Shown: piece after piece, positions 35,385-49,090 of the stretch
Layout: each line of letters begins with the position of its first letter
How positions within the stretch are numbered: the first letter of the stretch is position 1
Assembly (NCBI RefSeq): GCF_048593235.1
Contig: NC_133617.1
Coordinates: 419,968,958-420,032,957 of the forward strand
Reading direction: 5' to 3'
DNA length: 64,000 nt
From: Sminthopsis crassicaudata
Taxonomy: Eukaryota
Position numbers and translations under genes: made by a program
Notes under the pieces: model-generated
What the model was told of the DNA's origin: nothing
Database searches by the model: none
What the model saw: only the letters and a program-made list of their open reading frames with translations

Positions 35385-36572
35385 ATGCGGGCGTCAGGGC
35401 CCTGCGGCCAGGCGCTCCTGCCGGCCGCATTGGCGTTGCTTCTCGTGACCGCAGTCCTCCGGATCTTCGAGGGAGGCGCCGGGCCGCGGCCCCCGGCAGG
35501 TGACGAGCGGGAGGGAAGGGCGCGGGTGGAGTCGGGGTCCTCTGGGAGCCTCTGGCTCATTGTGACCGGTGTGGCCTCGCTCTGTAGGGGATCAGGCCCA
35601 AGATGGGCTGCGGAGGACGCTGGAGGAGCCGCGGGTGGCGAGCCGGGCGTGGGGGCCGCTGCCCCTGGGAGCCTTGTACGCCGTGGGCGTCCTGGCCTTC
35701 GTGCTGCGCTGGTGTCTGCAGGTACCGGGGCCGGGCGGGGACGGTGACAGGGCCGGGGCCGGGAGGGGAGCCCCGCGGCCAGATCGCCTCCGCCGGGGCC
35801 GCGCAGCCCCCGCGTGTGGTGGTGGGACGACCGACCTGCCCTGTCTCATTTTAGGGACAAAACGAGGCCGAAGTTTCCCCGGAGGAAAAGCCCACAGAGA
35901 AGGAGCTTTTGCGCAGAGGTGAGGCGGGGGGCAGCAGCCGGTTAGGGGCCGCGGGGGCGCGGAGGGGGAAGGGACGTGGGCACGTCGGACCGTCTCGCAT
36001 TTTCTCAGAAGAGCAGCTGGCTCAGGAACTAGCGAAGACAGAGCATCTCCTGGGCGGCCTGCTGGACCAGCTGGATCCTCTGTTTGAGCGGTGAGAGCGG
36101 GGGCCAGGCTGGGGCGAGGGGGCGGCTGGGCGTAGAAGGGGACAGGTAGGAGGCTTGAGCGGACATCTCTGCAGGGTGGACGCTCTGGCCGGAGCCCAGC
36201 AGGACCTGCTGACATTAAGGCTTCAGACCATCAGCCAGCTGCTAGAGGACCAGGGACTGCGCACGGCTGTTGCCTCCCAAGGTAGGAGCTTTGGAGTGGA
36301 ACAGCTGTTTGGTGTCTGACTTACCTGATATGAGGACTCATGCTACCCCCTTCCCCCCGCACACAGAGTACAACCCCCCTGTCCGGGAGGACCTGAGTGC
36401 TGAGGAAGATGATGACAATGACCTTCAGACCTGGGGCTGGGGGGAGGAACCTGAGGAGGGAGTGCCCGAGGCCTGGGCCCCAAATGTCTCCTGGGGTCAA
36501 CTTGGGGAAAATGGGAAGGAGTGGGGACTCAGGAGGAGGAAGTGGATGGAGGGCACTCAAGTCACCCACTGA
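35385..36572 (+). CDS. CCDC107: Coiled-coil domain-containing protein 107, 235 aa
   Basis: Exons 35385-35499, 35588-35721, 35855-35918, 36009-36090, 36175-36281 and 36367-36572; all GT-AG; 708 nt. Signal peptide, TM PLGALYAVGVLAFVLRWCLQ and coiled coil LAKTEHLL..LLDQLDPLFERV..LAGAQQDLL; C-terminal GLRRR. Confidence 0.93.
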
Positions 36573-36701
36573 GAGAGATGGTGTAAGAGGGAGCTTTGGG
36601 TTAAGAGGGTGGTATCCATTTGAGAAAACCTGATAAGGAATTAAAGCTCAGATGTGAGGAAGTAGTAGGCGTTCTTCAAGGAGCCAAGATATTTTAGTAA
36701 A

Positions 36702-36713
36702 AATAAATTTATT
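36702..36713. terminator. Back-to-back poly(A) signals: AATAAA (+) and AATAAA (-)
   Basis: Perfect palindrome aataaatttatt between the convergent CCDC107 and ARHGEF39 stop codons. Confidence 0.65.
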
Positions 36714-36882
36714 CCATTTAAGTATATACTTGATCATCAAAAAATAAATGTGCTCAAACATAAATACCCATCATACACACATCACCCTCTTCTTCACCAC
36801 CAGACAGTGGCCGGCCACACTTGTCCTAGGGACGCCGAGGCGTCACAGCAGTCAGGCTCCCATATCTAACTGGAAACAGCTG

Positions 36883-39800
36883 TCAGGTGCGTTTCTGCCT
36901 TGTGTGGCTGCTACAGAGAAAGGACAATCCACCAGTGAGCCTTTTCCCCAGTCTGAGTGAGGACACTGGCAGCCAGAGGGGCAGAGTACGTGAGTGTTGA
37001 GGGGAAGGACACCACTAAATCCCTAGAAGCAGGGGAGACTCGAGGCATACCTGATGGCTGCCGTCAGACTGTGGTACCAACGGGATAGTGCCTCTTGATC
37101 CGTGGACATGAGCAGCAACTTTTCATGGGGAAAAGAAAGCTGGGGCAGGAGAAAGATGACTTAAGTTGTCTACCCAGAAAACAACAGTCCTAAAGTTGGA
37201 AGCACTGTTCTTTAGGGAAAGTTTGGTTAAGGATGGGGGTAGGGACTAGACTTGTGATAACCACTGATACAGGGAACCTCCAAGTGAGCAACTCTGATAA
37301 TACAGGTCTGTACCTTCACTACAATTTATATCCTTACAGAGTTGTCTAAAACAAGGGTTGGCAAATTTTAACTCAATGAGCTGAACTGTCTTTATTTAAA
37401 CTTTATTTAAAACTAAATTCCAAAACTTTATCTAAAAATGTAAAGATTGTTCTTAGCTTACAGCAATACAAAAACAGATGGCAGTTCATTTGCCAACCCT
37501 TGATCTAGGGTACTGCAGTTAAGTGATTTGACCAGTCATCTAAATAAGTATGTATCAGAGGTGGAACTTGAACTCAAGGTCTCATTGGTTCAAATGCTAG
37601 CTTTCTATCCATTGAACCACACTGCATATCATATACAGACTTAAAAGGTGTGGTAGCCTATAGAGTTAAGGACAAGAGGACAAGACTTCCTTCCTTAACC
37701 TGGAGAAGACTTAAGGGAAGGAGCACTAAGATAGTGTACAACCTTTTACCTTTGAGCCAGAAAGTCTTTAGAGGTAATGTACTGCAGATGGGGGAGAGGA
37801 AAACAGGTTCAGAGGGGTGATAACTTGCCCAGATTCACATACTAGCTGATAGTAGAAGTGGGATTGAAGCTCAGGTCTCCTGATCCTAGTTCAGTGCTCT
37901 TTTATAGTGTATAGGAGTTTTAAAAGAAATTCCTAAAGCTGGATCTAAATAGATTACTCAAGGAAGTTTGAGCCCCATTTCTGTCTTGGAGGAATATTAG
38001 AATAGCCACAGTGTTTCCTCTACAAATAGGGGCTTGATTTACTGTTCTGCTGATTGATGGATGTTAATAATGCTACAGATTAAACTTAAAAGTATGTCAT
38101 GTATATGTCTTTTTTTTTTTAGAGCAGATGTTTAAAGTATACCTGGGGGTAGTTGTGGGCTGATAATAAAAGAACTGTGGGCCTAACCCAGAGAACACTC
38201 CCTATCCCCAACTTACACTGAGCAGGCCACCCCCTGGCCCCCCTGAGTGACCAAAGATCCTTTGAAGCTGACATTGGGCCATGGGGTAAAGGGCCTGGCA
38301 AACAAAGGTCCCTCCGTGCAGGATATGTAAGACAGACCGGGGCTTGGTCATCAAAAGTGCATCAGAGAAGAGGAAGAACAGTCGAAGCTTTGGCTCCCCC
38401 TTAGGGGGGACCAGCAGCAGCCAGCCCTGCCGAAGGAACCAGCGCCCTGTGCCAGAGAGAAAAAAGAGTGGTTAGCATTGTTCAAAGAGACCAGAGTGTG
38501 ATGCTGGAAGTGGGCTGCTTCATTTTGAGATCCTGAGGATCCTTGTATGAAGCAGAAGTACTAGAGGGGGAGGGATTAGGGCTCTGACCTTTGGTCAGAC
38601 CTTTAGCCCCACGGCCACTGAGTAAAGCTTGAATACGATGGAGCTGCCGGTGGTTCTCCTGTTCTTGACCAATAGCACTAACTTGCTGGATGGCCTCACT
38701 CAACTTCTGAGCAGCTCCTAAAAAGACAACCCCACCCCAAAAATGCCATCTGATTAATAAAGCAACTTGGAAAGGAAATCAAAGAAAAGAAAAAATGAGA
38801 CTAAAGAGCTGGGTTCTAATTGTGGAACCAGTTTTGAAGTGTGGAATATATTAATGATATTGGCTCAGGGTAAACATACTTGTGAGCTGTTGAAAATCGG
38901 GGCTGTCAGGACCTGTATTTTCAGTCAAAGCTACAACCAGGTTTTCACATCTGAAACATAAAAATCCCCAAGCTTTTAGGGATATTAGTTCCAACTAAGT
39001 CTGAAAAGCAAACTTAACCAATCATACATTATTCAAAGTGCCACCTTTCCACAAGGCATATGGTTTCTGCCTTTCCTAGCTCAGAAGGGATTGATTTCTT
39101 GCAGCGCTGGCTTGAAGCCTCTTTCTCTATTCCTACATCAGTCTGGAACTGAATATGTGCTTGAACTTTGTTTTTCCACCTAGGACTAGAGGGCACTCTT
39201 TCCCTATTTTTCTGACTGAAATGTCAGGAGACCACAAAGCAACCAAGACAGAATTTCAAGTTATTTACTTAGGGAAAGGGAGTGCATACAGGGTATCTAC
39301 AAAAGTCTAGGGATCACTAGCTCTTAAGTCCTAATCTTAATTATGCTCCCCGAGGACAAAAAGTTTGTGAAAAGGACAACATAATCAGATATTCATGTAT
39401 TTAAATCACAATCACTTGCTCAGTGTTTGGGGACCAAAGAAGTGTGGCTGAACCAAGTCTTAATGGTAGCTGACCTTTTTATCTGTCGCTGCAGTATACT
39501 TGACATACTTTATCTCGTTTGATCCCAGTATGTACTACTGGTATTCTCATTTTACAGATGTGGAAACAGGCCAAGAGGAATTCATAAATGTCCAGTCACA
39601 GTCTATCTGAAGCAGAATTCCAAATCCTGGTGGTACTGATTTAAGATCAGCACCATCCACCCCAACCTTAGTAAGGATGGCTTCCCAATTGTGTGTATGG
39701 ACACGAAGAAGACATACACATTCAAAACTAGGGTAAAGGTCATAAGTTTAGCATCAGAGTAGAGATCATGGTAGAATCGGGGTCACTTACTGTTGGAGAC

Positions 39801-40848
39801 GGCGCAGTGGTAAGGGAAGTATGTCCACTAGCCGAAGGCCCCCAAATTCAGGGCGTCCCTCCTGAAGCTGTACAAACCTTCTGAAACTCTTCTTCTTTAG
39901 CCACTTCTAAGTTCAGATAGAGTTTGGGATACAAGAAAAGCAATAAGAGTACAAGTTGGTGCTCACGAGGCTTTTATAGTTAGTTACTTGTGCACACAGC
40001 AAATCTACCCAGATTAACTTTCTAGAACAGTCTTGTCTGACACAATGTTGACACAATGGCACACACGGTAGATTCACAATATCTTGAAACAAAATAAGAA
40101 ATGACCAAATGCTCAGAGTAGGGATGCCTCTTTGAGAAAATGAGGGTACCTGGAGGGTGGCCCTGGACTGCTCCTCATTGGCAGCGTAGTGGGTGTAGAG
40201 TTCCAAGTGGTGGCAGAATCTTTCTAGGCCTGCTCCCCAATTTCCAGCTTCCAGATGCAGGAGCAGCTCTCTGTAGATGGGACAAGACAGACTCTGCCTT
40301 CCCCTGGAACACCTCCATCCCACTGTCCTCCCACAGACCACCTTTCTGCCCTTACTCACTGGCTGGCAAGATGGATGGATTCCCAGGGTCCAAACACAGC
40401 CTTAAGCTCAGCTGGTGGCAGGGTCCCTTTAGCTCTTAAAATGCACACAAAGTACTGGGGAGGGGAAAGGAAGAGGCAAGTGACAGTCATCCAGCTTCCT
40501 GCCCCAGGTGGGGGGCAGGAGACCAGGCACAAACTATAGGGACCTTCTGCACAATCCGAGCAGGGTCCTGTGCTCACTAGTACCTCACTCCTTGCATCTT
40601 TCCACCAGCAGCCTGCCCTTCCCCCTGGAGCCCCTAGCCCACCGGCGCCTCTCCCCTACACCCAGTGCCCACCAGCCGAGGCCCCGCCCCTCCCCGCGGC
40701 GCGCGCCTCCGCACACCTGCACCACCAGCCCCAGCTGCTCCTGGTAACGCTGCTCCGTCTCCAGTAGCTCTCGTGCAGTGCGGCTTCGCTTCCTCTCCCA
40801 GCGGGCCCGCTGCTCACGCACCGGGCACCGGGGATCCGGGCTCGACAT
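36883..40848 (-). CDS. ARHGEF39: Rho guanine nucleotide exchange factor 39 (DH-PH), 336 aa
   Basis: Exons 40848-40717, 40454-40360, 40270-40150, 39906-39791, 38950-38880, 38717-38589, 38446-38217, 37139-37051 and 36910-36883; all GT-AG; 1011 nt. Contains RWERKR..TARELLETEQRYQEQL, FRRFVQLQEGRPEFGGL, RWFLRQGWLL and LSFPHEKLLLMSTDQE. Confidence 0.96.
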
Positions 40849-42100
40849 GGGGGGCAGGGCTGAGCTGGAGCGAACCAGGATGCAAACAATAACCTTCCCC
40901 GTACCCCCGGAGAGGGGGCACTCGGTCACCCGTGGAAAGAGACCCTAACCTGCCCGCGGCCTGCACGCACCCACTTGGAAGTGGCGAGCTCGCCACGCCC
41001 AATACCTCAGGTACCGGGGCCAGCCGGGATTCAAATTCCAACCGCCACCAGAGGAGGCGGGGCCGGGGAAGGGGATTCTCCATTCCGCCCTCTGCCGCCT
41101 CGGAGGCCTAGCAGTTGCCGACGCTGTGCACGTACAAAAGAGGGCTCGGGCTGCCGGCGCGTTCCCCACTTCCTCCTCAGGTTTTCCCGCTTGCGCACGC
41201 GTACGCTCCATCCTCGCCCCTATCTACTTGGGTCGGTCCAGGTGGGGTCGTGGCGCTCTTCTCCCGGCCGCGTCCCAGAACCTGGCGCAATCCCTTGCGG
41301 TCACGACCAAAAGTGGCTCAGTCCTGCTGGTGGGAACTCGGGGCTCAGAGAGGCTGAGCGATTTTCCAAAGTCACACAGCTGGTGGAGCAGGAAGGGTTT
41401 TAATCCTAGGCTGCCCGTGTTCTTCCCATCCGTGTAATTATGGTCAGTGCTATCTGCTGCCTTAGGGACGGAAACGGATCTGTTCTCAGGGACCTGGAGC
41501 ATGTCCTTGGAGCGGATTCAAAAACCTTGCCCTGCGTCTGTGGCTACGCCGTTACTCGTTCTGAGCTTCACGGACTCCCGAGGCCCAGCCAGCTAAGGGC
41601 TGCCTGAGCGCTCTCGCGGGGCTGCCGCACCCACGCTAATTCCGCCCGGGGCGGCCAGGTGCTGCGGTTCTTACACCCCACACCCCCTGTCCTGCCCTCC
41701 CCCCCCCCCAGCGAGATGCCCGGAGGCCAGGCCGCAGGAAGGCTCTGGCTCGGCCCAGAAGCGATCGCTGCACTAACAGCGGGGAGGGGGCCTCGTGTGA
41801 CTGCTGTGGGAGCCGGGAGGCAGCGACTTCCCCTGCCCCAGGAAGCGCAGCGGCCGGGATCGCAGGCCCGTCTCTGTGCCCATCAGTGGAGACATCGCGA
41901 GACAAATCTCGGAACTATAACGGACTCCTATCGCGCTGTGAGAAAGCACGTGTGAGACACGAGGAGCACCAGTGCAGGAGCTGATACAGAATTAAATGAG
42001 CAGGGCCGAGAACACACTGCGCCGCAAAAACAAGTGAAAAGGGCCGCGCAGAGTGTTCAAAACGAATCCCACCACATTATAAAGAACAAGTGTTCTCAAA
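40640..42100. promoter_or_regulatory. CpG island / ARHGEF39 promoter region
   Basis: CpG-dense; CCAAT at 40999-41003, a CHR-like TTTGAA (minus, 41030-41035) and GC boxes. Confidence 0.7.
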
Positions 42101-43229
42101 GAAGAGATGAAGACTCCCACCTCAGAACCTTTCGGAAGGGTGGGGACCATAAGTCATGCACGTAGTGCTTATTTCCAGACGTTTCTAATATATTGATAAT
42201 TAAGCCTTTTTTTGTTCTTGTGTGTGTGTCTTTAAAAACTTTGTTGGATGGATGGCTCTCAGAGTCGGGTGAGGTAAGGTTCCTGGGGAAAACCACACAG
42301 GGAAGAAGCAAAAACATCAATAACAATTCATTTTAAACCACAACCCAGCTCTCCCATTTCCGAATCCGTGCCCTTTGCAGAGGGCCCTGCTACCGCCCTT
42401 TAAGGGTACATATGGAAGACAACCACGGGCAGTGGGCCGGAAGGTATTCACATTTTCCAAGCGATTAACTTATTTTTTTAATCACGCTTTATCTCGCCAC
42501 CCTGTGACGTAATGTAAATATCCAGCTCAAACACTAAGCACCTATTCTGATAACCATTTTGGGGATGAGGAAATAAGGCTTAGAGAGTGTACTGAACATC
42601 AAACAATAATGCCCCCCAGGACCGAAACCCAAGTGTCCGACTCCAAACCCAGCAGGCCCCACGCCCTTTGAAATAACTCGCTTCCACAGCATTTTAAAGG
42701 CTGGCAAATGCTCTTTTTGCACAGCCACCCCTTGAAGCAGTAACTGCGTGTATTATACCTGTTTTCTCTAAGTGAGGGTGAGTGGGAAAAAAGCTAAAAT
42801 AAAGGTTTCAATCCCACTTCTGAGACTTACTAGCTGTGCTGTAAAGGTCCTGAGCCCTTGTGAGATTGTTTATGTGAGATTATATTTAATTAAAGGGTGT
42901 TAACCATTTTTAGATATTCTTTTTCTCCCTATAATGCTCATGAGCCTAGTTTGGCTCCGGAGGTCTCTCTGGGCTTCCAGCCCAAGTATGTTCCTCTCTG
43001 GCAGGACCCCCAAATACATGGTATGTTCTAGCACTGGAGCGCCTCCAGACTGAATTGGGAGCTACCTGGGTACTCTGGAAGAGAGAAGTTGTCTTTTCTG
43101 CAGCCCGAGAGCCACTTTCTGGAAGTCTCCAGATTGATTGCAGGTGATTGCTGACTTTGGGTGATCTACCCACATTCCTACTTAATCCCCTGACTAATAA
43201 TTGACTAATACTTTTCCAAATAATTGTGA

Positions 43230-44350
43230 ATACATCCAGCCATTCTGGAGAGCAATTTGGAACTATGCCCAAAGGGCAACCACTGCATACCCTTCGATCC
43301 AGCAGTAGGTCTGAATCCCAAGGTGACCATTAAAAAAATGAAGAAGGACCCACATGTACAAAAATGTTTCTAGCAGCTCTTTCTGTGGGGGCAAAGAATT
43401 GGAAATTGAGAAATTGCTCACCAGTTGGGGAATGGCTGAAAAAGTTGTTATGTGAATGTGAGCAGGGGGCAGCTAAGTGGCTCAGTGGACAAAGTGGCAG
43501 CCCTGAAGTCAGGAGGACCGGAGTTCAAATCTGGTCTCAGACACTTAACGCTTCCTAGATGTTTGACCCTGGGCAAGTCACTTAACCCCAGCCTGGGGGG
43601 GGGGGGGGGAAGAGAATGAAAGAAATGATGAGCAGGCAGATTTCAGAAAAACCTGCAAAGATTTACATGGACTGATGCTGAATGAAGTGAGCTAAACTAG
43701 AACATTATACACTGCAACACTGTGTGATGGTCAATTCTGATAGACTTAGTTCTTCTCAGCAACACAATAATCTAAAACAATTCCAAAAGATCATGATGGA
43801 GATCTTTCACCTTTTTTGGTTTTGTTTGTTTTTGGTGGCTTTTCCCTTTTGTTCTGTTTCTTCTTTCATAACATAACTAATATGGAAATATATTTACATA
43901 ACTCCACATGTATGACATATCAGATTGTCATCTTGGGGAGGGGAGGTGGAAGGGAGGAAGAAAAAAAAAAGAAACTCAAAATATTATAAAAAAATGAATG
44001 TTGAAAATTATATGTAATTGGAAAATAATAAAATACATTGATAGAAAATGTTATTCACATCCAGAGAAAGAACTATGGAGTCTGAATGCAGATCAAAGCA
44101 TACTATTTTTTTTTTGTATTTTATTTTTTGTGGTTTTCCTCTTTTGTTCTGAATTTTCTTTCACAACATGACTAATATGGAAATATGTAACATGATTTTA
44201 CATGTATAACCTATATTTAATTGCTTCCTGTCTTAGGGAGGGGGAAGCAAAGGGAAGGGAAGAGATGGAAAGAGAAAAATTTGAAACTCAAAATCTTACT
44301 AAAATGAATGTAATTGAGGAAAAAGAAAATACTATTAAGTATAAAAATAA
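43230..44350 (+). mobile_element. L1 3' fragment(s) with a nested WSINE1 (~43465-43610)
   Basis: aaaatgtttctagcagctctt...aagaattggaaattgag; the SINE core ends in a G run. Confidence 0.75.
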
Positions 44351-45149
44351 ATAAAACACCACTTACTCTTTAAAAAATACTTTCCTACATATTTTAAAGG
44401 TCCATGATTTCATCACTGTATTCTACTAATTCAGATCACAAACTTTCCATGCCTCAATTTTACAAGTTTAGTAAGGTGATGTAGTTATATAAAAATCCTC
44501 CCCACTTGGTTCTCAAATTTGACGGAAGGAGCCTTTCCAAATTTGGGTGAGCTGCTCCTAGGACAGCAAACTTACATACTGCTTTAGATCCTTACCCTCT
44601 ATCCCAGTCCAGCTAAGAACTTGTTGGAGCATGCTTTCCCATAGTATAGCCTTTCACTGCCTAAATTCCCTACCAGGATAAGGAATCTTGGAGAAGGAGG
44701 AGGAATTAATTTTAAAAAGCTCTGACACACAAGGTTATCCATGATCTAGTTCCAACATGTCTGTCTTTTCCTTATGCTTTTCCTCTTAATACTCAGCCAA
44801 ACTGGTCCATTCTCCTTTTATTTTTATTTCTCTTGTCCCTTCACTTATGCTTAAGCTGTCCTCAATGTCTAGAGTGGACATCCTCTCACCTCATCATCCC
44901 TCTCCATATTAAAGGTCTCTCTTTTCCTTCAAAATACATTTTAAATGTCACCTATTCCATTGTGCCTTTCTTAATTTGTTTCCTCCTTTTCTCCATTAAC
45001 CAAGGTTGAGCAATCAGAATACTTAATCCCCATCTCTACTTCTACATTCTCCCATAACAAACATCACTCTTCATTTGAGGTTAATTCAATGCACATCTGT
45101 CACCTAATCAAGATGATGATACCCAAGACACTTTCTTTCCTTCCTGAAT

Positions 45150-46160
45150 AAGTTAAATACCAGGCTCACAGTGCCTCTGTCCCAACTTCTGTCCTTATAC
45201 AAGAGAACTTCCAACATGCATACCAGTATTCCTTTAAACACCCTCATATCCATTCTCTTCAATCTCCTCAAAACCAACTTATTTCTTCACTCCATTTCAG
45301 CTACCCACAAAGATGATCAATCACATCTTGATCTTGCTCTGACCCACAAGTGTTCCACTTCCATGAATTTTCTCTTCTCCCTTCTCATCTCACACCACTG
45401 AAATAGCTTCCTTCATCATCTCCGCCTTTGCTATGTCTTATATGAAGGAAGTGGTCCTTCTTGCCAAAGCAAATACCTTTACCTGTACGTGTGATTCCAT
45501 TCCATTCTATCTTCAGGTTTCCCACACTACCTTTTCCTCTTTCTTACTAATCCAGTCTCTCAATGTCTGCTGGCTACTTCCCTGCTGCTACAAAGCAATC
45601 CTATGTCTTTCCCATCCTTAAAACAAAACAACTCACTTAATATGTCCATCCTCTCTACCATTCTATGTCGACTCTTTCCTCTCATTGTTTTCAGCTTTCT
45701 ATAATCTGGCTTCCAACCTCATCATTTAGCTGAAAAAACTCTCCCAAGTTACCAGTGTTCTCTTAATTACCAAATTTATTAAGCTTTTTTCCCCTTAATT
45801 TTCATCCTCCTTGATTTTTCAGTTACTTTTGACACTGTTCATCACCACCTTCTCCTTGATGCTGTCTTCTCTTTGGGTTTTTGTGGAACTACTGTCTCCT
45901 CTCCTTTTTGCTGGATCTTCATCCAGGTCATACTTGATAATGGGGTTGTATCTTCCTCTGTATTATTTCATTTGGTGCTCTCATCAGATCCCATACATTC
46001 AATTAACATTAAATTGATATTAGCATTTTTATAAACTTGATTCTCAGATTTATTTATCCAGTCCTACCCTCTGTCCTGACCCATCATCAGGTTCCCATCA
46101 TCAATTGTTTATTGGACATCTCTGACTGGATTTTCTGTAAACATCTCGAACTCAACAAAA
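45150..46160 (+). mobile_element. L2 remnant
   Basis: atcctccttgatttttcagttacttttgacactgttcatcac translates to ILLDFSVTFDTVHH (RT motif). Further L2-like text lies at ~49900-50550. Confidence 0.7.
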
Positions 46161-46429
46161 ATCCAAAACAGAATTTATTAATATTTTAAACATATTTTTA
46201 TATTTTCATGTTGAACAAGAAAAAGATGACTGTTTTTCTACAGCATTTCTCAGACATTAAATCTGATTCTAGAGCCTAGTCTTCTAGCCATAGAAAGCTG
46301 TCTCAGATGGGGATGAAATGGGTTCATGAATTAGATACTATTAGCAAATTATGAGAACAAGGGATAATCTACCTCTCAGATCTGTGGAGAAGACAGGAAT
46401 TTATGTCCAGAGAAGAACTAGAGAATATT

Positions 46430-48350
46430 ATGAAATGCAAAATGGATAATTTAAATTATATTAAATTTTAAAAATCGTTTTGTTTTGTTTACAAAATCAA
46501 TGCAGCCAAAATTAGAAGGGAAGGAGAAAACTGAGGAAAAAATTTGTATTCAAGGATTCTGATAAAGACCTCATTTCTAAAATATATACAGAATTGACTC
46601 AAATTTATAAGAATACAAGCCATTCTCTAGTTGATAAATAATCAAAGGATATGAACAATTTTCAGATAAAAAAATTAAAGCCGTTTCTAGTCATATGAAA
46701 AACTATTCTAAATCTCTAGTAGAGAAATGAAAATTAAGACAACTTTAAAATATCACTATATACCTCTCAGATTAGCTGAGATGACAGGAATAATGACAAA
46801 TGTTGGAGGAATTGTGGGAAAACTGGAGCACTTTGTTGGTGGAGTTGTGAACTCATCCAACTATTCTGTAGAGCAATTTAGAATTATGGTCTATATTCCA
46901 AAGAGATCTTAAAGGAGGGAAAGGGATCGGGCAGCCCTTTTTGTAGTGGCAAGAAACTGGATGCCCATCAACTGGAGAATAGCTGAATAAGTTGTAGTAT
47001 ATGAATGTTATGGAATATTATTGTTCTATAAGAAACAACCAAAAGGATACATGAACTGATGCTAAGTGAAGTGATAGGACCAAGAGAACACCATGCACAG
47101 CAATAAGATTATGTGATAATTAATTGTAATGGATGTGGCTCTTTTCAAAAATGTGATGGAGACTTGTGATGGAGAGAACCATCTGCATCCAGAAAGAGAA
47201 CCATGGGGACTGAATGTGGATCACAACATAATATTTTCTCCTTTCTGGTTATTTTTTGCTTGCTTTTTTTTCCTTTTTGATCTGATTTTTTTGTGCAGTA
47301 TGATAATTGTGGAAATATGTATAGAAGAATTATACATGTTTAACCATGTTCAATTTGCTGCCTAGGGGAGAGGGTGAGAGGAAGGGAGAGAGAAATTTGG
47401 AATACAAGGTTTTGTAAGAATGAATGTTGGGGGGACAGTTAGGTGGTGCAGTGGATAGAGTACCAGCCCTGAAGTCAGGAGGACCTACATTCAAATCTGG
47501 CCTCAGACATGTAATACTTCCTAGTTGTGTGACCCTGGGCAAGTCACTTAACCCCAACTGCCTCAACAACAAAAAAAAAAGTGAATGTTGAAAATTATGC
47601 TTGCATATAAAAAGCTTTATTTTTAAAAAGGGAAATCAAAAAAAGAAAATAAAAAAGCTATTATTAAGAAATGATGATCGGGGTAGCTAGGAGGTGCAAT
47701 GGATAGAGCACCAGCCCTGAATTCAGGAGGACCCGAGTTCAAATCTGGTCTCAGACACTTAACACTTCCTAGCTGTGTGACCCTGGGCAAGTCCCTTAAC
47801 CCCAGACTAAAAAAAAAAAAAAGAAAAAGAAAAAGAAAAAAGAAAGAAATGATGATCAGGCTGTTTGCAGAAAGGCCTGGAGATTACATGAACTGATGCT
47901 AAGTGAAGTGAGTAAGACTAGGAGAATATTGTACATGGCAACAGTAGCACTGTGTGATGATCAAATATAACAGACTCAGATCTTTTCAGTGATCAAAGAT
48001 AATTCCAATTAGGCTTGGGATTGAAAATGCCATCCACATCCAGAGAAAGAACTTTGGAGACTGAATGTGGATCAAAGCATACAATTTTCACTTTTTTTGA
48101 AAAACCAGTTTTTTGTTTTTTTCTTTCTCGTGATTTTTCCCTTTTGTTCAGATTCTTCTTTCATATCATGACTAATATGGGAATATGTTTGACATGATTG
48201 TACATGTTTAGCCTATATCTGATTGTTTGCTCTATCAGGGAGGGAAGAGAGAAGAGAGAGACTGTGAAAAATTTGGAACTCAAAATCTTACAAAAATAAA
48301 TATTGAAAGCTATCTTCCCATGTAATTGGAAAAAATACTATTAATTGAAA
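46430..48350 (+). mobile_element. L1 ORF2/3'UTR fragments with two nested WSINE1 copies (~47430-47580 and ~47680-47843)
   Basis: ORF 46727 reads MKIKTTLKYHYIPLRLAEMTG. The second SINE has a perfect 14-bp TSD aagaaatgatgatc (47666-47679 / 47844-47857). Confidence 0.85.
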
Positions 48351-48719
48351 AAATGGCACTTAGTAAATGCTGGCTGATGCTCTTGGTTAGATCCTTGCCT
48401 TCACTATTCCTAAGGTTACTGTACTGGAAGATAAACACTTTCTTCTATTGTTCAAAAAGGAAAGGATTTTAATACTAATATTGATATTGAATCCAAGACC
48501 AGCTAAGTATCTCAGTGGATAGAGTGTACACCTGAATCAAGATGAGAGTTCAACTTTCGACTTAGATACATACTAGCTATACCTGGGTAAGTCACTTAAC
48601 TTTTGCCTTAGTTTGCTTAACTATAAGATGGAGATAACAGCACCTATCTCCCAGGTTCTTTGTGAGGATCAAATGAGATAATATTTGTAAAGTGCTTAAC
48701 ATGGTACATGGAATAACAT

Positions 48720-49090
48720 CTTGCATGCCTGCAAACACACATGAACATATATGTACACACATGTAGGTACATAGACATATATTGTAATGTGTATATATAT
48801 TACTGTTGAGTGAAAACTGCTGTTATAGATGCTTATACATGTGCATGTATGTATTATGTGTATATGTATACACATTTATACATGCATACAAACATATATA
48901 TACACACTTCCAAAATAGCATTTATTTTACCCAATAGTAACATATTTCCTTCCCCCTTAATCCAAAACTGTAATTTACCATATTATATACTAGTATATAT
49001 TTACTATATTATAGCATATAATACCTTATTATATTCTGTATATACATATGGGTGTATATATATATATATATGTATATATATAAATATACC
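48720..49090. repeat. TA/CA-rich low-complexity tract
   Basis: Degenerate atatatgtacacac units. Confidence 0.75.

Noticed and set aside
41912-41925. AACTATAACGG resembling an rRNA / I-CeuI site fragment
   Set aside because: The match is only ~11 nt with no flanking rRNA similarity, consistent with chance.
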